Source: Candidatus Eiseniibacteriota bacterium
GTDB lineage: Bacteria; Eisenbacteria; RBG-16-71-46
Length of the DNA stretch: 64,000 bases
Direction: 5' to 3'
NCBI GenBank assembly: GCA_031364845.1
Contig: JANLWX010000075.1
Span: forward strand, 7,687 to 71,686
Shown here: one piece after another, positions 29,339 through 37,752 of the stretch
Layout: every line of letters begins with the position of its first letter
How positions within the stretch are numbered: the stretch's first letter is position 1
Position numbers and translations under genes: made by a program
Notes under the pieces: model-generated
Database searches by the model: none
What the model saw: only the letters and a program-made list of their open reading frames with translations
Told to the model about the DNA's origin: nothing

Positions 29339-31588
29339 TCACCTCCGCAGGAGAACGGTCCGCTCAGTCCGCACGCCGTCGGAATGGTCAAGCCGCACGA
29401 AGTAGACGCCAGCGGCCACTGCGCGGCCCCGGTCATCGCGACCGTCCCACGTCATCACGCGCGCGCCCTCCGCCATGAAGCGCGACGCAAGCACACGCAC
29501 GCGCGCTCCGGTGAGGTCGAATACCGCGAGCGTCGCCGCCCCGGCGCGCGGCAACGAAAAGCGGAACGTCGTTGTCCCGCCCCGCGCGGGGTTGGGCGCA
29601 ACCGCCAAAGACAGCTTCAGACCAGGCTCTGAGGCCGGCACCGCGGTCGGTGGCCGCCGATACCCGGTGAACGCGGCGACGCCGTTGTCACTGCCTGCAT
29701 AGAGGGTAGCCGTGCCGGCGTCGACCGCGAGCGATCGGATCGTCCGATCGACCAGGCCCAGCTGGCCGCCCACCGAGAACCACGATGCGCCATCATCGAA
29801 ACTCTCGAACACCCCGGCGCCACTAACTCCGCAGAACACGACGCCCGGGTGGTTTTCGTCCCGCGCCAGCGCTCGAACCGGTCGCGCCGTCGGGAGTCCG
29901 GAATTCGACGCAACCCACAACGTGCCGCCATTGGCGGTCCGGTAGACTCCTGAATCGGTGGCAGCGAAGACGACACCCGGTGTTGCATCAGCGAGCAGCG
30001 CGTAGACAAATGGGGCCGGCAGGCCGGCGCTTTTCGAGATCCAGTTGAGGCCTCCGTCCACGGAACGGTATACACCGAACACGTCACTACCCGCGTACAA
30101 CGTCGGTACCGCACCCGGTACGAGTGTGAGGGATCGCGTGCTGAAACTCGCCGGGAGTCCCGATGACCGCGAAATCCACGTGGCGCCTGCGTTGATCGTT
30201 TCGAACACTCCGTTGCCCGTGCCCACGAACAATCTGCCGCTGGTGGACGGTACCGCCACGATGTCGCGCACGAAGCGATTCGTGAGCGTCGACCCGACAT
30301 CGGGATTGGTCCAGGTCGCGCCGTCGTCATCGCTGCGATAGATGCCCGACCCGTAACTGGTGAGAAAAACCCGGGAGGGCAGCAGCGGGTCCACGGCAAT
30401 ACCGTGCTCGGAGTCATGGGGCGTAAGGGCTGTGGCGCGTGTCCAGGACACACCGGTGTCGGTGCTGCGCCAGAACTGGTCGCCGAAACCTGAGCCCTCG
30501 TAGACCGCATGGGTGGAAGGCCGCACGGCGAGCGAGAACGCAAAAGTGCTGAGCATTCCGCCATCGAGCTGAGTCCATGAACCGCCGGCATTGTCGGTGC
30601 GGAACACGCCGCCGCCATCGGTTCCAGCCCATGCAGTGAACGGCGCGACGGGCCGAGCGAACAGGGCGTCGACTCGGTTCTGGGTGAGCCCGGTGTTGAC
30701 AAGATGCCACGTGCTGTCGTTGAGCGAGCTGACATACGCCCCACCATTGTCGGTGCCCGCGTACCGCATCGTATCGACCACGGCGATGCTGCGCATCCGC
30801 AGCGTGGAGAGTCCGCGATTGATGCGCGCCCACGAGAGCCCGCCATCCGTGCTCCTGATCACGCCGCGATCCAACTCCGCCACGTAGATGCGCTGTGGAT
30901 TCTGCCGGTCGAACTGGATCTGCTCCGCGGCACCCTGGTTTGCAGTCGTGTCGGCCACCTGGAGCCAGGTCAATCCGCCCGTCGTACTGCGGTGGATCCC
31001 GCCGCCGGTGCCGGTCGCGGCCAGCAAGGTTTCGGGCTTCTGCGGATGGAATACGATGTCGCGAACATTGATGTTCACGAGCCCGAGATTCACCTGGCTC
31101 CAGTTGCTGCCGCCATTGATCGAACGGTAGATCCCACCGCCGTAGGTCCCGGCCAGCACGTTGCCGGTCTTGATGGGATGGATCGCGATAGCCCGCACCG
31201 AACTCGCGGTGGACAGCAGCCTGTTCCAGTTCACGCCGCCATCCGTGCTCAAGAACACGCCGTCATTCGTGCCGCAATAGACCGAATCAGGATGTTTGGG
31301 TTCAACTGCCAGGCAGCGGACAAAAGTATTGACGAGCCCGGCCCGGTGATCGGTCCAGGTCGCTCCGCCATCGGTGCTCCGATACACGCCGGATCCGAAG
31401 GATGCAGCCCACATGCGAGTTGGGTTCTGCGGATCGGCCGCGATTGCCTCGACGCTCTTGGCTCGTGGCCCATTGCCCGTCCAAATTCCAATTCCCGCGT
31501 GGACCTCGCGGGGTGAGCCCGACATGACCGCGAACAAGGCAACCGATAGTGGAACGAACGCGATCGAGCGGTGCGTCATGACCTTCAT
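29339..31588 (-). CDS. Secreted BNR/Asp-box (VPS10/YCF48-like) beta-propeller protein with FlgD-Ig C-terminal domain
   Basis: More than 10 GVYRSxDGGxxW repeats; signal peptide; C-terminal PNP..VFDLTGARVR..WDGRDDRG..AGVYFVRL; AGGAG RBS. Confidence 0.85.
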   Translation of the reverse strand: MKVMTHRSIAFVPLSVALFAVMSGSPREVHAGIGIWTGNGPRAKSVEAIAADPQNPTRMWAASFGSGVYRSTDGGATWTDHRAGLVNTFVRCLAVEPKHPDSVYCGTNDGVFLSTDGGVNWNRLLSTASSVRAIAIHPIKTGNVLAGTYGGGIYRSINGGSNWSQVNLGLVNINVRDIVFHPQKPETLLAATGTGGGIHRSTTGGLTWLQVADTTANQGAAEQIQFDRQNPQRIYVAELDRGVIRSTDGGLSWARINRGLSTLRMRSIAVVDTMRYAGTDNGGAYVSSLNDSTWHLVNTGLTQNRVDALFARPVAPFTAWAGTDGGGVFRTDNAGGSWTQLDGGMLSTFAFSLAVRPSTHAVYEGSGFGDQFWRSTDTGVSWTRATALTPHDSEHGIAVDPLLPSRVFLTSYGSGIYRSDDDGATWTNPDVGSTLTNRFVRDIVAVPSTSGRLFVGTGNGVFETINAGATWISRSSGLPASFSTRSLTLVPGAVPTLYAGSDVFGVYRSVDGGLNWISKSAGLPAPFVYALLADATPGVVFAATDSGVYRTANGGTLWVASNSGLPTARPVRALARDENHPGVVFCGVSGAGVFESFDDGASWFSVGGQLGLVDRTIRSLAVDAGTATLYAGSDNGVAAFTGYRRPPTAVPASEPGLKLSLAVAPNPARGGTTTFRFSLPRAGAATLAVFDLTGARVRVLASRFMAEGARVMTWDGRDDRGRAVAAGVYFVRLDHSDGVRTERTVLLRR

Positions 31589-31954
31589 GTGCTCTCCTGT
31601 GGATACGGCGCGCGATGTCGATGGGGGAGCGGCCGTCTCCACACCGAAAGCATTGAAAGTGCTCCCCCGCATGTGATCATTCGCGTCCAGGCGGGGTTCG
31701 GCGGCCATCTGTGCCGATTTTGACCGGACGACGGCGTGCCCAAGTTTCCGGTCGAGCCTACCATTAATGAGCCTGCGCTTTGCGACCATTGTTCGCAAGA
31801 ATGTGGTCTCACGTTCTCGGCAACTGCCGCACGATGGATAGGAACTCTTCTTCGAGCTGGCAGTGGGTCCCGCATGAAGGTCGCGATTGCTCATATTGTT
31901 CGACACGGTTGAGAAAGGGTTTACGCCGCTACGCGCTCCGTAGGGGCGAACGCC

Positions 31955-34900
31955 TCATCGTCCCCACGACTCCACCGGATCCACCTCGCTCGCGAACGCA
32001 GGGTGTTCTCCGGCCGCCACCCGCGGCACCACACGTTCCACGCTCAGCGTGATCGCGCCCAGCGTGTCGTCGACCCGGCCTTCCATGCTCAGCACTTCGC
32101 CGCGCACGGCGTCGGCTAAGCGGCGGTAGGCGTCGGGGAACAGGACGCACTCGGCGATCCCGCTGCGGTCGGCGATCGAGACGAACAGCATCAGTCCGCC
32201 GCTTTTGGTCTCGATCCGCCGATAGGCGCACGGCAGTCCGGTCACGGTGACGCGGCGTCCGACGTGGCGTTCGATCTCCGCGGCCGGTGTCGCGCCGTGG
32301 CGCGCATCGGGGCCGAGCCATACGTCGAGCGGATGCGCGCTGAACCACAGCCCGGTCGCGCAGCATTCGCCGCGCACACGCTCGGCGAGGTCGAACTCGG
32401 GCAGTTCGGCGATCGCGACCGGCGTCACGGGCTCCGGCATGACCGCGGCCCCGCTCAGCGCGAGCAACTCCGGCGCGCGCTCCGCGGCGTGTCGCGCGGT
32501 GCGTCGTGACGAGAGACGCCCCGCGCGCTCGCGCGGCCGCCCGTGTAATCCGCCCGCGAGTGCGGCGGCACCCGGCGTTGCCGCGAGCACGCGCGCTTCG
32601 AGCAGCAGCGCCGGCCGCGTGCGCCCGGCGCGGTCGAGCGCGCCTGCGAGGATCAGCGCTTCGAGTTCGGGCAGCGTCGGCCGCGCGCGCTCGGCGAAGT
32701 CGGCGAGGCTCGTCCATGCGCGCCTTCCGCGCTCCGCGACGATGCGCTCCGCGGTCGAACGCGCGAGTCCGAACACGCGCGACAGCCCGACCCGCACCGT
32801 GCCGGTTTCCCACGCGGCTTCCCACACCGAGCGCCACACGCACGGCGCGCGGAACTCGACGCCTTTGCGGCGCAGGTCCTCGACGTGCACCCAGGTCGCG
32901 TACATGCCGGCGTGATGGTTGAGCACGCCGACCGCCCACTCGGCGGGGAAGTGCGTCTTGAGATACACGCTCTGCCAGCCGAGCGTGCCGTAGCCGGCGG
33001 CGTGCGCCTTGCAAAATGCGTACGCCGCGAAGCGCGTGAGGTCGCGCCACACCGTGCGCGCCGCCTCGACCGTGACGCCGCGCGCGCGGGCGTGCCCGAC
33101 GAATCCGCGCTCGAGCGAGCGGAACTCGTCCTCGGTCTTCGCGCGCCCGATCGCGCGGCGCAGATCGTCGCCTTCGGCGAGCGTCAGCCCGGCGATCGCG
33201 GCCGCGACGTGCAGCACGTCCTCTTCGTAGAGCATCAGCCCGTGCGTCGAGGCGAGCACCGGCGCGAGCGCGGGATGGTGGAATGTCACCGGCTCGAGCC
33301 CGCGCTTGCGGCGGCAGAACGCTTCTTTCAATCCCATTTCGGCGGGCCCGGGACGCACCGCGGCGACCGCGGCGATCGTCTCGTCGAGCGTGTGCGCGTC
33401 GAACATGCGCAGCAGGTGCCGCATCGCGGGCGACTCGAGCTGGAAGCAGTTGAGCGTGTCGCCGGCCGCCATGCGCGCCGAGGTCGCGGGGTCGGGATCG
33501 GGAATGCGATCGACATCGATCTCCACGTCGTGGTGCGTGCGCGCGAGCGATACGCACTCGGCGATCGTGCTCAGCGCGCGATTGCCGAGCAGGTCCATCT
33601 TCACGAGCCCGATCGCCTCGATCGCGCGCATCTCGAATTGCGTGACGACCACGCCCTTGGCCGCGGGTTCGAGCGGCACGTACCAGGTGAGCGGCCGGTC
33701 GGCGATCACGACCCCGCCGCTGTGGACCGACAGATGCCGCGGCGCGCCTTCCAGCTGCTCGGCGAGTACGAGCGCGCGCGACAACGCGGGCTCGCTCCAG
33801 TCGATGAAGCGCGCATCGGGCAGGCGTTCGAGGTGCGCGCGATAAGGCCGCTCGAGCGCATGCGGCACGCGGCGCGCGAGCTGGTTCACGCGCGCGTTCG
33901 GAATGCCGAGCGCCTTCGCCGTCTCGCGGAACGCCGAGCGCGCGCCGAGTGTCGCGTGGGTCGAGATCATCGCGACGCGATCGTGGCCGTAGGTGTCGTA
34001 GACGTGGGCGATCACCTCGTCGCGCCGCTGCCAGCACAGGTCGATGTCGAGATCCGGGCAGTCGGTGCGGCCGGGATTGAGGAAGCGCTCGAACGTGAGC
34101 CCGTAGCGCAGCGGATCCACGTTCGTGATGCCGAGCACGTACGCCACGATCGAGCTGGCGCCGGAGCCGCGGCCCACCGACGGGATCCCGCGCGCGCGGG
34201 CGAACTCGACGATCTCGGCGACCAGCAGGAAGTAGCTCGTGAATCCGAGGCGCTCGATCATCGCGAGTTCGTCATGCAGTCGGGCAAGGGCCGCGCGCGA
34301 ACGCCGGCCGTAGCGCCGCTCGACGCCGGCTTCGCCGAGCCGCGCGAGCCACTGCGGACCGGATTCGCCGTCGGGCACCGGCGCGAGCGGGAAGATCGGC
34401 GTGCCGAGGTCCAGATGGAGCTGCAGCCGCTCGGCGAGCGCGCGGTTCGCGGCGAGCGCGGGGGCCGCCGCTTCCGGCACGCCGGCCGCGGTGCACAGCG
34501 CGCGCACGCGGCGCGCCCACTCGTCGGGCGACGCGAGCCACGCGTCGCGCGCCGCGAACGCGGCGGGCGGCATGCGGTCGAGCAGTTCGCCGTGCGCGGC
34601 GGTGACCGCGGCGCAGTGGGCGTCGTGCTCGGACGGGGCGAGCATCACGACATCGCCGGTCGCGACCAGCGCCACGCCGAGCTGCCGTGCCGCCGCCACG
34701 CGCGCAGCGAGCCGGGTGCGTTCGGAAGCAATGCCGCGCACGCCGAGCGACACGCGCGCGGCGGGCACACCGGCCGCGAGCAGTGCCGCGGCCAGCGCCG
34801 GCTCCTCGACGATGATCTCGAGTCCGTCGCAATGTGCGGCCAGCGTCGCCGCGAGATCGAAGCGCTGGTCGAGATGCCGCGCGCTGATCGCGGCACACAG

Positions 34901-35161
34901 CGTGGCGAAGCCCGCGCGCGTGGCCGCGAGCAATAGCGCCTCGCTGCGCCCATCGCTGAGTGTGGCGCCCAGCAGAGGACGCAGACCGTCGGCCCGCGCG
35001 CGCTGCCAGAAGCGGATCGCAAGGTAAAGGTTGTCGCGATCGGTGAGTGCCAGCGAATCGTGTCCGAGTTCCAGCGCGCGTTCGATTAGCGCTTCGGGCG
35101 ACGCGGTCCCGTACAGCAGCGAACCGTGGGAGCGGACGCGCAGCGGCGTGAAGCCGCTCAT
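31955..35161 (-). CDS. dnaE2: Error-prone DNA polymerase III alpha subunit (DnaE2-type)
   Basis: GRGSGASS, FERFL, PDLDID, HSGG, KMDLLG, FQLESP, YAFCKAHA; degenerate PHP domain; C-terminal OB fold; in an operon with dinB. Confidence 0.88.
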   Translation of the reverse strand: MSGFTPLRVRSHGSLLYGTASPEALIERALELGHDSLALTDRDNLYLAIRFWQRARADGLRPLLGATLSDGRSEALLLAATRAGFATLCAAISARHLDQRFDLAATLAAHCDGLEIIVEEPALAAALLAAGVPAARVSLGVRGIASERTRLAARVAAARQLGVALVATGDVVMLAPSEHDAHCAAVTAAHGELLDRMPPAAFAARDAWLASPDEWARRVRALCTAAGVPEAAAPALAANRALAERLQLHLDLGTPIFPLAPVPDGESGPQWLARLGEAGVERRYGRRSRAALARLHDELAMIERLGFTSYFLLVAEIVEFARARGIPSVGRGSGASSIVAYVLGITNVDPLRYGLTFERFLNPGRTDCPDLDIDLCWQRRDEVIAHVYDTYGHDRVAMISTHATLGARSAFRETAKALGIPNARVNQLARRVPHALERPYRAHLERLPDARFIDWSEPALSRALVLAEQLEGAPRHLSVHSGGVVIADRPLTWYVPLEPAAKGVVVTQFEMRAIEAIGLVKMDLLGNRALSTIAECVSLARTHHDVEIDVDRIPDPDPATSARMAAGDTLNCFQLESPAMRHLLRMFDAHTLDETIAAVAAVRPGPAEMGLKEAFCRRKRGLEPVTFHHPALAPVLASTHGLMLYEEDVLHVAAAIAGLTLAEGDDLRRAIGRAKTEDEFRSLERGFVGHARARGVTVEAARTVWRDLTRFAAYAFCKAHAAGYGTLGWQSVYLKTHFPAEWAVGVLNHHAGMYATWVHVEDLRRKGVEFRAPCVWRSVWEAAWETGTVRVGLSRVFGLARSTAERIVAERGRRAWTSLADFAERARPTLPELEALILAGALDRAGRTRPALLLEARVLAATPGAAALAGGLHGRPRERAGRLSSRRTARHAAERAPELLALSGAAVMPEPVTPVAIAELPEFDLAERVRGECCATGLWFSAHPLDVWLGPDARHGATPAAEIERHVGRRVTVTGLPCAYRRIETKSGGLMLFVSIADRSGIAECVLFPDAYRRLADAVRGEVLSMEGRVDDTLGAITLSVERVVPRVAAGEHPAFASEVDPVESWGR
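31979..32047. repeat. 69-bp imperfect direct repeat (right boundary of the PGA island)
   Basis: 58/69 identity with 23688-23756, including a perfect 17-bp ATCCACCTCGCTCGCGA. Confidence 0.8.
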
Positions 35162-35177
35162 CGCGCGCCCGCGAGGA

Positions 35178-35849
35178 TCAGCCGGGCGGTGCGGGTCCGA
35201 ACTCGGGCATCGTGCGGCCGCCTTCCACGCGCAGGCGCGTGACTGGCAACTCGCCGCGGCGGAAGTGCTCCGCCGTCACGACGCGGCGCAGGATGCGCTC
35301 GCCCCACGCGCGCTCCTCGCCCGACAGCACGCGCGACGTGCTCGTGAAGCGGAAGTTGCACACCGCCAGATCGGCGTCTTCCATCCATGCGAGCACCAGC
35401 CAGTGCGCGTCGTCGTCGCCCGGCAGTCGCAGCCAGAAGCCCGCGATGTCGTAGTCGCCGACGTGCTCGACCCAGCGCTTCACCACGTGCTCGTCGCCGA
35501 AGCCCATCAACTGCTCGATCGCGAACGACGCCGGCGTGCCGATGTTGAAGCGCCCGCGCACGAGTGCGGTGCTCGGTTGCACCGGCATCGGCGGATCGAA
35601 TACCGGCGGCTCGGCGAGCAGGAAGCACAGCGCTTCGGCCCGATGACGCGGAGCGATCTCGGGGACCTGGCGCGAGGAGGCATCGAGCATCACGAACGCC
35701 GCCGTCGCGACCACGCCGAGCACGACTCCGATCACGACCCACGGCGCCAGCACGCGAATCGTCGATGAACGCGCGGGGCGCTTCGCGGCGGGGTGCGCGG
35801 GGCGCCGGAGCGCGCCCGGGGGCGGGGACAGCGAGATGTGCGGGGCCAT
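35178..35849 (-). CDS. Hypothetical single-pass membrane protein inside the dinB-dnaE2 operon
   Basis: ATG 35849; TM VLAPWVVIGVVLGVVATAAFVML followed by a globular, protein-like domain; fills the gap between dinB and dnaE2. Confidence 0.7.
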   Translation of the reverse strand: MAPHISLSPPPGALRRPAHPAAKRPARSSTIRVLAPWVVIGVVLGVVATAAFVMLDASSRQVPEIAPRHRAEALCFLLAEPPVFDPPMPVQPSTALVRGRFNIGTPASFAIEQLMGFGDEHVVKRWVEHVGDYDIAGFWLRLPGDDDAHWLVLAWMEDADLAVCNFRFTSTSRVLSGEERAWGERILRRVVTAEHFRRGELPVTRLRVEGGRTMPEFGPAPPG

Positions 35850-35875
35850 TCCCCGGAGTTTTCGGCATCGTTCGG

Positions 35876-37075
35876 CTACTTCGTGAGCGACGGCGTGCGC
35901 AGCACGAAGCCGTGGCGGTCCTCGTCGAGCTTGCCCTGGAGGTTGAGCGCCCGTCCCGAGACCAGCGCGCCGTGCCCGTACGCGGCGCGCACGCCGTCGA
36001 ACGCGCGGAACAACGCCGCGCGCCGCCCGGCTTCGCGCTCGTCGAACAGCGAGCCCTGGCTCGCGCCCGCGCGCTCGAAGTTCGACAGCGTGACGCCGAG
36101 CGCATGGAGCGCCACGCGGCGCGTGAACTGCCGCGCGAACAGCGCGAGCGCCAGCTCGAGCACGATCGGATCGGTGTCGGACGGGAGCCTGAGCGACCGC
36201 GCCTGCTCGGCGCTCTCGCCGTCGGCATAGCGCAGGCGCACCGCGACCGTGCGCGGCGCCACGCCCAGCTCGCGCGCGGTACGGCACGCTCGGCCCACCA
36301 AATACTCGAGCATGCCGTCCAGCTCCGCGCGATCGGCGGTGTCGCGATGGAACGACGTCTCGCGCGAGATCGTGACCGGGATCTCGCGCTCGGTCACCGG
36401 CATCGTGTCGTGGCCGCGGCAGCGCTCGTACAGCTTCTGCCCGTGCACCCCGAACAGCCGCTCGAGCGCCTCGCACGACAGCGCGCGCAGATCGCCGATC
36501 ACCTTGAGATTCATCGAGCGCAGCGTGCGCGCGTGCGCGTGGCCGACGCCCGCGAGCTGTTCGATCGGGCGCCCGGCGAGGAACGCGTCCGCCTCGTGCG
36601 CCTCGATGCACGCGAGCCCGTCGGGCTTCACGGTCTTGCCGACCAGCTTCGCCAGCATGCGATTGGGCCCGATGCCGCACGTGACCGTGAGCCCGGTCGC
36701 CGCGTGGATTTCGTGCTTCAACGCGCGCGCCGCGGCCGCGAGATCGCCGTGCAGGCGCTCGGTGCCGGTCAGATCGCAGTACGCCTCGTCGAGATAGGTC
36801 TCGACCGCCGGTGCCAGCGCGCGGCAGCTCGCGAAGATCTGCTCGGCGAAGCAGCGATAGATCTGTGCGTGGCCTTCGACGATCACCGCGTCCGGGCAGC
36901 GGCGCTTCGCTTCGCTCAGCGTCATCCCCGCGCGCAGACCGAACGCGCGCGCTTCGTAGGAGCACGAGGCGATCACGCCCGCGCCCACGATCACCGGACG
37001 CCCGCGCAGCCGCGGGTCGCGCTGCTGCTCGATCGAGGCGAAGAACGCGTCGATGTCGACGTGGAGCACGATCAT
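35876..37075 (-). CDS. dinB: DNA polymerase IV (Y family)
   Basis: HVDIDAFFAS, SCSYEARAFG, YLDEAY (catalytic acids intact), KPDG, QGSLF clamp-binding motif. Confidence 0.92.
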   Translation of the reverse strand: MIVLHVDIDAFFASIEQQRDPRLRGRPVIVGAGVIASCSYEARAFGLRAGMTLSEAKRRCPDAVIVEGHAQIYRCFAEQIFASCRALAPAVETYLDEAYCDLTGTERLHGDLAAAARALKHEIHAATGLTVTCGIGPNRMLAKLVGKTVKPDGLACIEAHEADAFLAGRPIEQLAGVGHAHARTLRSMNLKVIGDLRALSCEALERLFGVHGQKLYERCRGHDTMPVTEREIPVTISRETSFHRDTADRAELDGMLEYLVGRACRTARELGVAPRTVAVRLRYADGESAEQARSLRLPSDTDPIVLELALALFARQFTRRVALHALGVTLSNFERAGASQGSLFDEREAGRRAALFRAFDGVRAAYGHGALVSGRALNLQGKLDEDRHGFVLRTPSLTK

Positions 37076-37257
37076 CGCGGGTCCGCCCCGGTGGCCCGCG
37101 CGCATCCGCGACGCGGGACCTGGAATTCGTTTCGACGCTCGTCCCCGCGCACCGCGGCGCTTGCCTCCGGCTGCACGGGTGCCATCCGGTTCGTAGCGGA
37201 GGAGCAGGACGCACCGTGCGTCCCACTTCGCGCCGCGGCGCTCGTGGACGAGCTCAT
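37072..37257 (-). CDS. Possible 61-aa low-complexity ORF
   Basis: Start overlaps the upstream stop (TGATG) and stop overlaps the dinB start (ATGA); sequence unremarkable. Confidence 0.35.
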   Translation of the reverse strand: MSSSTSAAARSGTHGASCSSATNRMAPVQPEASAAVRGDERRNEFQVPRRGCARATGADPR

Positions 37258-37511
37258 CAACCCTCCAACGTGACCGAGTCCAGCCACCACACGAGGTCGG
37301 CCCCCGAGAGGCGCAGCTGATACACATCGCCGCTCGCGACACTGACCGAGAAGCAGAACTGCGCGTGCCGCCCCGCCCGGTCGATCCAGCGCGCGTTGAC
37401 CCGCGTCACGCGGTGTTCGCGCGCGCCGCGGCGAAACGCGAGCGGGGTGGCGATCCCGCCCTTGAAGTCGGCGCGAACCGCCACCGCTTCGTCGATGTTT
37501 TCCTGTCGCAT
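37257..37511 (-). CDS. Small DUF6504-like beta protein
   Basis: P.AF...R.HRV..V..RW...F.V....G.VYQL.......WWL pattern typical of small proteins beside Y-family polymerases. Confidence 0.7.
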   Translation of the reverse strand: MRQENIDEAVAVRADFKGGIATPLAFRRGAREHRVTRVNARWIDRAGRHAQFCFSVSVASGDVYQLRLSGADLVWWLDSVTLEG

Positions 37512-37522
37512 GGTGACGGCGC

Positions 37523-37551
37523 ACGTTACTGCACGCATGTGCAGTGCGCAA
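37523..37551 (-). promoter_or_regulatory. Sigma70-like promoter with a palindromic operator in its spacer
   Basis: TTGCGC-17 nt-TAACGT on the minus strand; ACTGCAC-N4-GTGCAGT palindrome at 37528-37545. Confidence 0.65.
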
Positions 37552-37752
37552 GCACGATGTCGCGCCGATCGCGTCGCCGGGTGGCTGAACCCGCGGCCTC
37601 GGGACGGAAATGCTGTTTCCGTACGGGTTTCGCGTTGACGGTCCGGGCCTCGGTGTCGCACGCTTGAGCAGTCCGGACCCGCCTGGGGGCGCCCAGGTTC
37701 ACCCCAAGATGACGGCCCGTCCGTACCTCAGGGCCGCGGAGATCGACTTCCT

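Noticed and set aside
29339-31588. Repetitive DNA that could suggest a CRISPR array or tandem repeat
   Set aside because: Degenerate protein-coding BNR repeats; no identical repeats with unique spacers and no cas genes
31720-31760. Sigma54 promoter for the PGA operon (TGGGCACG on the minus strand)
   Set aside because: No TTGC at the -12 position
35178-37226. 682-aa ORF as a single gene
   Set aside because: Its N-terminal two-thirds is an off-frame overlap of dinB; only 35178-35849 looks protein-like
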